Part shown: in pieces, positions 41,703-51,772 of the stretch
Numbering within the stretch: position 1 is the first letter of the stretch
Layout: the number at the start of each line of letters is the position of its first letter
Assembly (NCBI GenBank): GCA_051294375.1
Contig: CM119265.1
Location: 8,068,772 to 8,132,771, forward strand
Reading direction: 5' to 3'
Length of the DNA: 64,000 nucleotides
From: Paraspadella gotoi
Lineage: Eukaryota; Animalia; Chaetognatha
Translations under genes and position numbers: made by a program
Notes under the pieces: generated by a model
What the model saw: only the letters and a program-made list of their open reading frames with translations
The model's database searches: none
What the model was told of the DNA's origin: nothing

Positions 41703-41810
41703 GAGAAGAGAGAGAGAGAGGAGAGAGAGAGGGAGGCAGGAGTGAGATTGAGAAAGAGAGAAAGAGAAAGAAGCAGAGAGAGCGAGCGAGTAGAGAGAGA
41801 GAGTCGAGAG

Positions 41811-41859
<49 letters not shown>

Positions 41860-41860
<1 letters not shown>

Positions 41861-42733
41861 GGTTCATAACTCGTCCTAAATCGTTTCTGGGCGTCTATCT
41901 TTAGCGCGTAGTTCATCTACCCCCCTCCTTGCGCTACTCATTACTTTCTTCCTTCTCGAGTCGATCTTGAACTCTTCCCCACCCCTGACCACCCCCTCTC
42001 TTCTCCCACGACCGCCCCCACTACTTTTTTTTTCAACGAAGCTTTGCTGTTATTTTAAAAAAAATTGTAAGGTTAATTGTTTTACCCTTTATTAATTTCT
42101 GATATTAAAAAAAAAAGCTCTTGGGCTATCCAGAATCGTATTTGAGAGTGAGTTGTTAATTTTGTCTATCGCCTTGTGTCGAATATCAACTTACAATGTG
42201 AATTTACGATTTGACTTGAACTTCTCTTATCCTGGGGCTAATTACATTTTTGAGGAGAACGTTGGCGCTGTCAATTCTCTGGCAACTCACCTCTTGTCTA
42301 TTTTCTCTCCTTATTCACAAGCAATGTGAATTTAAGTCTTCACAGTTCTTTATTTCAGGCATCCCTTTCTGTTCCTTCATACGAACCGCAGCGAGACTGA
42401 GTCGCGTGATATCACACCCCAAGTCATCCGCCCCACCCCTCCCCCCCCTTCATTCCCCAACTCCCCTGACGAGGCTCATTGACCTTGAAGTCTTTCGCTC
42501 GGGTCTTCTTCCTTCCATCAAGACTCAGCAATCACGCTCAGTTTCTACAGGTGTTTTCGCAATCACGCTGCGCTGTTTTTCTCTCTCTTTCTCTATTTGT
42601 TTCTTCGTTCTATTCTATCTATTTGAATTCTTCACATTAGGCCCTTAAATTCGCCACTTCTCTTTGTCAATCTCTTCCCAACCAGAATCTAAAGTTGACC
42701 CTCTCAGTCTCTTATGTTTCTTTATACTTACTG

Positions 42734-42764
<31 letters not shown>

Positions 42765-45700
42765 CTCTTTCTCTCTCTCTCGCCTTCAGTCCTCACGTCG
42801 CTCGAGTTCCTTTTTTCTTGTTGTTCCCTTCTCGATTTCGCGACTCGAAATCTGGGATCAGCGAGGATCCATTTTAATCACGGACATAATCGCCAGAAAA
42901 TTGCTNNNNNNNNNNNNNNNNNNNNNNNNNNNNNNNNNNNNNNNNNNNNNNNNNNNNNNNNNNNNNNNNNNNNNNNNNNNNNNNNNNNNNNNNNNNNNNN
43001 NNNNNNNNNNNNNNNNNNNNNNNNNNNNNNNNNNNNNNNNNNNNNNNNNNNNNNNNNNNNNNNNNNNNNNNNNNNNNNNNNNNNNNNNNNNNNNNNNNAA
43101 AAAAAAATTCGGATCTCGATATGAAAATTTCGGGTTTGAATTCCGAGTCGCGTTTTTAATGTTGACTTTGGTTTGTTTACTTTTTTTTTTGTGTGGAGGG
43201 GGAAGATCACGTCTCCTCGTCTCTAAGCAACGCGCGCTCATCGACCATCGTTTGCATCCTCTGTCATCTCTTTCTTTTCTTTTTTTTTTCCTTTTCTTGC
43301 TTTTTTTCTTTACTCACTTTTTCTTTTTACTTATTTACTACGTTTGTTAAAATCTTTCCCTTTAATTGGCCCTAAGTTTATAATCGCTTGTCTCTATAAA
43401 AATGCTTTGTCTAAAAAAAAAAAAAAANNNNNNNNNNNNNNNNNNNNNNNNNNNNNNNNNNNNNNNNNNNNNNNNNNNNNNNNNNNNNNNNNNNNNNNNN
43501 NNNNNNNNNNNNNNNNNNNNNNNNNNNNNNNNNNNNNNNNNNNNNNNNNNNNNNNNNNNNNNNNNNNNNNNNNNNNNNNNNNNNNNNNNNNNNNNNNNNN
43601 NNNNNNNNNNNNNNNNNNNNNNNNNNNNNNNNNNNNNNNNNNNNNNNNNNNNNNNNNNNNNNNNNNNNNNNNNNNNNNNNNNNNNNNTCTCCCGTTCTCT
43701 GTTTCCAATTTTCCAATCCCTTGCTTTGGTTTCTCGAGTGCATCTTTAGTTTTCCTCCCCTTTTTTTTTCTTCACTCATCTTTTGGCTTTCCAATGTTTA
43801 TTGGAATTTTCAGTCCGCATTTTTTTTTCAAATCTTTCCGCTCTCGCACAAAAAAAGAGCGCGTGATAGGTCTCGGTCTCTCTCTCTCTCACTCTCTCTC
43901 TCCTTCTCTCTCTCTCTTTCTCTCTCTCTCTCCTCTCTCTCTTTTCCTCTTTTTTCATTTATGGTGGACTACATTTTCAGTTTTTTCAATTCAAGCGAAT
44001 TTAAACTTGAGCTTTTCGTTGGTTGCTTTTCGTGTTGGTTCGCAGGCAACTGCATTCATGTACCGATCGACCATGAATTTCTAAAAATTCTAACAAGGAT
44101 TCGAAGACAATGAATAAATGACTCAAACTCAAATCTATCTCTTCGCTGTAGTATCGATATCGTGTAATCATGATAACAAAAAGGTTTTTACACATATATC
44201 TTAAATGGCACCAGCCTCACAAAAGTCGGGCCAAAATCGAGAGTATNNNNNNNNNNNNNNNNNNNNNNNNNCAGAGAGACTAATGAAGCGAGGAGAGAAG
44301 GAGATGGGAGAAGGCACGAACGAGAGACCGGAGCGAGGGAGGGAAGAACTGAGGACTCTCGAGCATCTCGATGAGAGGAGCTGGATCGGATGAGAAGCGA
44401 TCCTGAAGCTCTGAGGAGAGCAATGAGTAGGTAGAGATCCGTGCGAGGGTGGGAGACGAACGAGTCGAGGAGAAGGGAGAATTGGAAAGTCGACTGTCAG
44501 ATGGAGAATTGGAATGACCGAGAGGAGCGGTGGATGGAGAGAGAAGAGAGAACGAGACTGAGAGAGAGAGCGAGAGAGAACTGGCGAGAGAGGGAGAGAA
44601 TGTTAGAGGGAGAGAGAGAGAAGAGGAGGAGAGAGACAGGAAGGAGAGGGAGAAGAGAGATGAGCTGAGACAAGTTGAGCAATTAGAAGAAGACGAGTGA
44701 AGAGAGAAGAGAGAGAGAGAGAGGAAGAGAGGGAGAGAGAGATGAGGAGAGAGCGGTTCATAATCTCGTTCCTAAATCGTTTCTGGGCGTCTATCTTTAG
44801 CGTCGTTAGTCATTACCCCCCTCCTTTGCGCTACTCTTTCTTTGCTTCCTTCTGCGAAGTCGATTCTTTGAACTCTTCCCCACCCCTGACCACCCCCTCT
44901 CTTCTCCCGACGGACCGCCCCCACTACTTTTTTTTTTCAACTTAAGCTTTGCTGTTTTTTAAAAAAAAATGTGTAAGTGTTAATTGTTTTAACCCTTTAT
45001 TAATTTCTGATTATAAAAAAAAAAAAAGCTCTTGGGCTATCCAGAATCGTATTGAGAGGAGTTGTTTAATTTTGTCCTATCGCCTTGTGTTCGAAACTCA
45101 ACTAATTTGTGAATTTACGATTTGACTTGAACTTTCTATATCCTGGGGCTAATTTACATTTTGAGAGAGAACGTTGTGCGCTCTGTTTCAATTCTCTGGC
45201 AACTCACCTGCTTGTCTATTTTCTCTCCTATTCACAAGGCAATGTGAATTAGTCTTCACAGTTTCTTTATTTCAGGCATCCCTTCTGTTCCTTCATACGA
45301 ACCCGCAGCGAGACTGAAGTCGCGTGATATCACACCCCAACGTCTCCGTCCCACCCTCTCCCCCCCCTCATCCCCAACCCCTGACGAGGCTCATTGCCTT
45401 GAAAGTCTTTCGCTCGGGGTCTCTTCCTTACATCAAGACTCAGCAATCACGCTCAGTTTCTACAGGTTGTTTTTCGCAAATCACGCTGCGCTAGTTTTGT
45501 TCTCTCTCTTTCTCTATTTGTTTCTTCGTTCTATTCTATCTATTTGATTCTTCACATTAGGCCCTTAATATTCGCACTTCTCTTTGTCAATCTCTTCCGC
45601 AACAGAAGTTTAAGTTGACCTCTCAGTCTCTTTATGTTTACTTTATACTTACTTCTCTCCTCTCTCTCTCCTTTTCTTTGTCTCTCTTTCTCTCTCTCTC

Positions 45701-46514
45701 GCCTTCAGTCCCTCAGCGTTCGCTCGATGTTCCTTTTTTCTTGTTGTTCCCTTCTCGATTTCGCGACTCGAAATTCTGGGTCAGCGAGGATCCATTTTAA
45801 TCACGGACATAATCGCCAGAAAATTGCTTTGAGTCTTGCGAAAGAGAGTGAAGAGAGAGAGAGAGAGACGAGAGAGATTAGAGAGAAAAAAGAGAGAGAG
45901 AGAGAGAGAGATGAGAGAGAGAAGAGGAGAGATGAGAGAGAAAAGAGAGAGGGAACAAGCCGCTATCCGTGTCATTTTTTTCTCTTCCTCCCTTGCTCTA
46001 ACCCGAACCTCGAAAAAAAAGAAAAAAAAAAAAATTCGGATTCTCGATATGAAAATTTCTCGGGTTTTGAATTCTCGAGTCGCGTTTTTTAATGCTTGAC
46101 CTTTGGTTTTGTTTTACTTTTTTTTTTGGTTTGTGGAGGGGCAAGATCACGTCTATCCGTCTCTAAGCAACGCCGCGCTATCGACCATCGTTTGCGATCC
46201 CTCTGTCATCTCTTTCTTATTTTTTTTTTCCTTTTTTGCTTTTCTTTCTTTACTCCACTCTTTTCTTTTACTTATAATTTACTAACGTTTGGTTAAATCT
46301 TTCCCTTTAATTGCCCTAAGTTTATAAATCGCTTGTTCTATCAAAAATGCTTTTCTAAAAAAAAACAAAAAAAAACGAATACAAAAACAAAATTGCAACT
46401 GCTTCCAAAACAGTAATCCCGAAAATAGACAACAATTTTCAATTCGTTTTTCTTCGCGTTGTAGTTGCCGTCAGTTTTTTGTTAGCTCTTCCTTCCTCGC
46501 ATTTGCTTGCCTGC

Positions 46515-46583
<69 letters not shown>

Positions 46584-47217
46584 CTCTCCCTCTCCCGTTC
46601 TCTGTTTCCAATTTTTCCCATCCCTTGGCTTTGGTTTTCTCCGAGTGTCATTTAGTTTTCCTCCGCCTTTTTTTTCTTCACTCATCTTTTGGCTTTCCAA
46701 TGTTTATTGGAATTTTTCAGTCCGCATTTTTTTTTCAAATCTTTCCGCTCTCGCAAAAAAAAAGGCGCGTGATAGTCTCGGTCTCTCTCTCTCTCATCTC
46801 TCTCTCTCTCGTCTCTTTCGTCTCTCCTCTCTCTCTCTCTCCTAGCTCTTCTCTCCTCCCTCTCTCTCTCTTCGGTTCTCTCTCTCTTCCTCTCTCTCTT
46901 TTCCTCTTTTTTCATTTATGGTGGACTACATTTTCCATGTTTTTTCAATTACAATGCGAATTTAAAACTTGAGGCTTTTCGTTGGTTGCTTTCGTGTTGG
47001 TTCGCAGGCAAACTGCATTCAGGTACCGATTCCGATCGGCCATGATTTACAAAATTCTAACAGGATTCGAAGACAAGAATAATGACTCAAACTCAAATTC
47101 TATCTTCGGTGTAGTATCGATATCGGTGTAATCATGAATAACAAAAAAGGTTTTTATCACATATATCTTTAAATGGCACAGCCCTCACATTCAAAGTCGG
47201 GCCAAAATCGAGACGTA
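41860..47217 (+). repeat. Direct duplication 41860-44246 / 44755-47217 around a 25-N gap
   Basis: The second copy is indel-rich and spans the N-gaps of the first copy, the signature of an overfilled gap. Confidence 0.9.
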
Positions 47218-47624
47218 TCATCCGGCAGAAATCGCAAACGACCTCTCGGCGAAACCACTCTGCAAGTGTCGTCGGTTGCGTCGGTGGCTCCTTTTTAGGG
47301 ACAAATGACGAAGTTCGTTAAGATGGCGCTGGAGCGAGAGAGAACGCAGTTTCGAACAAAAGTGGGCGAGGTTTGAGCGGAAGGGGGTAAAGTTTGCACG
47401 GTGGTGAGGTGAGAATAGGGGACGGTGTTTGAGTGCGAAAGAATTGGCTTCGAGTGAAGAGGTTGTTCTGACTGGGGTCGAGACTTTAATTGGTGACTTC
47501 ATTTGGCGGTTGTTTTTTTTTTTTTTTTTTTGAAGGGCGAGAGTAACATTTTTTTCTGTGTTTTTCTCATGTGTTGTTTTTTTACATTTTTTTTTTTCTT
47601 ACGCTTCTCGAATCGAATTAGTTG

Positions 47625-47858
47625 TGTGGAAGACGATGTCGCGAGCAGTTTACCGTCCGTTGCACACAAGGTCCGAACTTCGGATCGGGCTGTAGTCCGA
47701 CACTACAGGTGGGTTAGACGCCCGTCCGCGTTTACTTGTGTGAATCAGCAGGGCGCGCGAACCCGATCCTTTGGGTTGGGAGGAGCTCTTGCTTCCTCCG
47801 GCGCCATAGTGCTGCTGATTCTCGGACGAGTAGTGGGGTATGAAATACTACCACTACA
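47625..47858 (-). repeat. 3' LTR of the miniature LTR element
   Basis: Preceded on the minus strand by the PPT. Differs from the other LTR mainly by small indels. Confidence 0.9.
47663..47742 (-). ncRNA. Twister ribozyme candidate (type P5) in 3' LTR
   Basis: Second copy of the same fold, one G shorter in P4 and in the P2 strand (possibly read errors). Predicted cleavage between 47716 and 47715. Confidence 0.7.
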
Positions 47859-47867
47859 CATCCCCCT
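47859..47867 (-). promoter_or_regulatory. Polypurine tract (PPT)
   Basis: AGGGGGATG abuts the 3' LTR on the minus strand. Confidence 0.7.
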
Positions 47868-48029
47868 AGGCATCACACACCCGCGACAAGTGTGATGGCT
47901 ATGATGCACGCGTTGTGCCGAGCACTCTAGGAGGGGCTGCCTATTCCTGCTCCCGTCTCACACACGATGGTCGAGGGCAGAGGTGTGTTAACATGCCCGG
48001 GCAGAGGTGTATTAACGTGCCAGCGTGTT

Positions 48030-48044
48030 CGTGTGGGCTCACCA
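48030..48044 (-). promoter_or_regulatory. Primer-binding site (PBS)
   Basis: TGGTGAGCCCACACG starts 1 nt after the 5' LTR end. TGG is complementary to the tRNA 3' CCA. The cognate tRNA cannot be assigned by eye. Confidence 0.7.
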
Positions 48045-48045
48045 A

Positions 48046-48278
48046 TGTGGAAGACGATGTCCGAGCAGTTTACCGTCCGTTGCACACAAGGTCCCGAACT
48101 TCGGATCGGGCTGTAGTCCGACACTACAGGTGGGTTAGACGCCCGTCCCGCCTTTACTTGTGTGAATCAGCAGGGGCGAACCCGAGTCCTTTGGGTTGGG
48201 AGGAGCTCTTGCTTCCTCCGGCGCATAAGTGCTGCTGATTCTCGGACGAGTAGTGGGGTATGAAATACTACCACTACA
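48046..48278 (-). repeat. 5' LTR of the miniature LTR element
   Basis: Reads TGTAG...CCACA on the minus strand, is followed by the PBS, and is near-identical to 47625-47858. Confidence 0.9.
48083..48164 (-). ncRNA. Twister ribozyme candidate, circularly permuted (type P5), in 5' LTR
   Basis: Minus-strand RNA: CACACAAG-UAAA-GGCGG-GACGG-GCGUC-UAA-CCC-AC-CUGUAGU(GUCGG)ACUACAG-CCCGA(UCCGAAGU)UCGGG-AC-CUUGUGUG. P5 is 8 bp, P3 7 bp, P4 5 bp. Conserved UAA, GA and L4 UCC.AAG motifs are present; pseudoknots CCG/CGG and AC/GU. Predicted cleavage U^A between 48137 and 48136. P2 is short and imperfect and P1 is minimal. Confidence 0.75.
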
Positions 48279-49517
48279 GTTGTCTCATTTCATCTAATAA
48301 AAAAATAATTTTCAGTTTTGTTTAAATAAAAAATATATCTTCGTTTTTTCCCAAAATCTCCCCCAATCTCTACCCCTTAGCCCCTCTCCCCGTCATAATC
48401 CCTCGAATGAAAGCCCCCCTCCCGAGTCAGATCATGCATAACGAGGCTTAAGGCGAGAAAAGTCTCCCTTCTGACCAAAGGGGTCGCCGACGATGTTTAG
48501 GGAGGATTAGCCGCCGATGCCGCGTCGCCAAACGTTCGTGAGGGGTTGGCCGGGGTCTTGAAGGATGGGTTCTGGGTGGGTAAGGGATGATGCGAGGTAG
48601 GGTTTGGTTCGACGGAGATATTTCTTTTTACTTTGGAAAAGTTGGGGGAATTTTTTTAGGACTCTCTCTATTCTGTGACTCAAGTCTGTGACTTGTGAAG
48701 GTTGAGGTTTTAATGGTTGGGGTATTCGGATTTATGTGAAAGTGTTTCGACGCCGTTATAAATCGATGGACTCACGCGTTATCACAGGAGATCCTCACGT
48801 GATTTGATCTAACTTTTTGTCATTTTCCTCGAATAAATTTCTCGTGATTCTCGATAACGCCATTCGAGATTGACTCGATTCTCCGAGGCGCGAAACCAGG
48901 AATGCCCGCGACGCGTGTCTCTCTGGCTTCGATTTCGCGCGAGAGGCCGTCGCCATCTTGGATTATTTGGGAAGGGAGAGGTTATAAGTACTTAAGTATG
49001 TATATGATACAAAAATTGAGAGAGTTTTATGTTTCTGTTTATATGTAAACATTGTTACATAGCTTGGTAATCGTTAGTTGACGTGAGTAATAAACAGATG
49101 CTAAGGCTACATACTCAAAGAGATTCAAAGGCAGTGACGTTGTAAAGTTGCAAAAAAGGGATTTGGGGTCAAAGGGTCCAATCAGAGGAGACATCGTCGA
49201 ATCCGATATGTTTATTGGTCATTTCCGTTCGTTTGATGAATTTTCGTCTCACGAAAAATTTAGATTCCGAGTTTTATGGTTTTTCCCGCGTCGAATGAGG
49301 AAAAAAAAAGGAGGAGGAAGAGGAGTAGTTGTGGGATAGGGGGTTTTTGATCGCAGCGTGGATGGCGGGGCTTGGTGGTTCCATGGTGGCTTGGGGGTTT
49401 CATGGTGGTCATAATCCGAACGCGCGAATCTATTGCGAGATTTATTGGAGATCGACGCTTCATCGTCAATGTTTCGCGAGGAAGTCCGCCAGCAATCTCG
49501 TCGAGCAGAGCTATATG

Positions 49518-49636
<119 letters not shown>

Positions 49637-50095
49637 AAACCCTATTTCCACCCAACGATTTTCGCGGATCAGACCCTCGTCCTAATTCTTTCTCGATGCT
49701 AAAAACGCCAAGAGTTCCCAATTTCTATTTCCATTTTTCTCAGACCACCATGGTGCACCATTGACTTTCCACCAACACTGTCCGTCCAGTGTCCACTCCC
49801 ATCCACACATCCAATCGGCTCGAGCGCCCCAATAATTTTTCCTCCGCGATCGTGGCGCCACCGCGGCGTCGTCGTTGGCGGCCAAATGATATCTGCGCCA
49901 TTGGGGGCGTGGAAATCGTCGGGGTTGGGCGTGACGGGGAGCTTGAGCGTTTTGGAAACGACGACGACGACGACGACGACGAAATCGAATTTTCCCGCCG
50001 TTTGTTGGAAACGGTCGTTCAAGTTTTATAAAAGTTTGATAAATCAAATCGGCAACTTTGTCCCCGTTGTTTTCCGGTATTTCTTCCATACTTAG

Positions 50096-50480
50096 GTTAT
50101 ATCCTCCGACAGCCGAGACCCAAAATGACGATCGAAACGCAGCTCGCTCGCCGCTGCCGCTGCCGCTGCCGCTGCCGCTGCCGCTGCCGCTGCCGCTGCC
50201 TCTCCCATCAGCCGCCATTCCGAGGGTATCGACGTCTTTTCCTCCGCTCGTTGGGTCGTTTCATCGCGCGGGGGTCACCTTGGCGGCGGCGTTCGGGCAG
50301 CTTCGACGGCTGCGGCATCGATAACTGCTACAGCAGCGGCAGTGCAGCGCGCAGCAAAACTACTGGAACTTGCCTCCCCTCCCTCCTTCTTCTCCTCTTC
50401 CCCGCCGCTGCAGGAACATATTTCAACTGCGACTTCGATCTTTGGCAGGCGAGCGAAACGGAGACCTCTTGATGTGTTTT
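50096..50480 (+). CDS. Putative poly-Ala exon containing a (GCCGCT)n repeat
   Basis: GC-rich block after TTAG. The poly-Ala frame reads AAAAAAAAAAAAAAAASPISRHSEGIDVFSSARW...RAASTAAASITATAAAVQRAAKLLELASPP. A frameshift is needed at the 5' end. Confidence 0.35.
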
Positions 50481-51484
50481 GAACTCCCCCAATGAAAGGG
50501 GCTTCTAACGCCCGCCCCTCAGCCCACGCTTCCGGCTGTCCTCTCTCTCTCTTCTCTCTCTCCACATCTCTCATCTCTCCTTCTCTCCTCTCATTTCTCC
50601 CTCTCCCTCTTTCTTCTTCCTCTTGCTCTCTCTCTCTCTTCTCTATTCCTTCAATCTCCGGTGTTATCCATTCTTCTTTTCGACTCAGTAAAACACGAAC
50701 ATCACATTATTCTTTTCGTTTTCTCTACCATTCCTGGTTTTCTTGCTACTCTATCGTCTTTTCTCTTCTCTTTTTCTTCTCTTTTTCTTTGTCTTTTCTC
50801 ACCTTTTTAACAACCTTTCTATTTCTTTCCTTCTCAGTTTCCTTTGTCTCTTCTTCTTTCTAATTCTTTGTCTTTCCCTTTCTTTCCTTAATCTTTCCAT
50901 CTCCCCAACGTTCTTCTCATTCTCTCCTCAACGCTAAAGACTCATTCCCTTATTCCCATTTCTCTCATCTGTTTCCTTCTTACCCTTCTAGTTCACCTCC
51001 CCCCCCTCCAATTTTCTGTTTTAGTCGTCCTAAGGCTGGTCTGCTTTTGTGATCGAGGTGGGTTTGAGCACGATGGTTGGATGCCTGGAGTGGGTTGATG
51101 TGGGACAGAGGTGAGGTGGCGGATGAGAGGGGGAGAGATCATTTACATGGGTAACAGAGGAATGGAATGTGTGTACGGTGGACAAGAACTAGGGCGGTCT
51201 TCGTTTTTAAACTTAACTCACGTAATTTAAATCAAGAATGGAAAGGCAAAAAAAAAATATCTGTTGAGACAAGGGGAGCCGGATCGTATAGGCTTTTAGA
51301 GTTAGAGAGACCAAGAAGCCCCTGTATTTGGATCTGCTGGAGGAAGAGAAGCCTCAAAACGAATGGAGTAGGGGGAGAGGTTTTAAACGAGCAGAGAGAC
51401 AGAAGGGCATACGCCGAAGTGCGGGACCTGGACGGGGATTTAAAAGTAAAAGTCTTTATGAACTTTTTCTCCGCGCCGGATTCG

Positions 51485-51772
51485 AAGACCGAACGGAATA
51501 GAAGGATGAAGAGAGAAAGAGGAACGAACGCGAGCGAACGACACAACGAACGAACACAAAACGAAACATCGAACGAACAGAAGATACGAAAAAACGACAC
51601 ACCGAACGAACGAACGAACGAAAGAACGAACGAACGAAACGAACTGATGAACGAACGAACTAACGAACGAACCGAACGAACGAACGAAAGAAGAACGAAC
51701 GACGAACTGAACGAAAGAACAACGAAACTGAATGAAACGAACGAAACGAACGAACGGAACGAAGAACGAACT
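51485..51772 (+). repeat. Degenerate (GAAC)n microsatellite
   Basis: Imperfect GAAC arrays; explains the NERT/SFVR ORFs here. Confidence 0.85.

Larger units (their letters stand above)
47625..48278 (-). mobile_element. Non-autonomous miniature LTR retroelement (TRIM / retrozyme-like), complete, with 4-bp TSD
   Basis: Two near-identical direct repeats, 47625-47858 (234 bp) and 48046-48278 (233 bp), each TGTGG...CTACA, around a 187-bp non-coding core. GTTG flanks both ends (47621-47624, 48279-48282). On the minus strand a PBS-like TGGTGAGCCC follows the 5' LTR and a purine tract AGGGGGATG precedes the 3' LTR. Confidence 0.92.

Noticed and set aside
41860-47217. 2.4-kb tandem duplication as a real segmental duplication or large LTR pair
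   Set aside because: Flanks a 25-N gap, the second copy is indel-rich and fills the first copy's gaps, and there are no TG/CA termini, PBS or TSD.
47688-47715. CTGTAGTCC similarity to 7SL/Alu (Cassandra-like captured RNA)
   Set aside because: Only ~9 nt match; explained by the P3 stem of the twister on the opposite strand.
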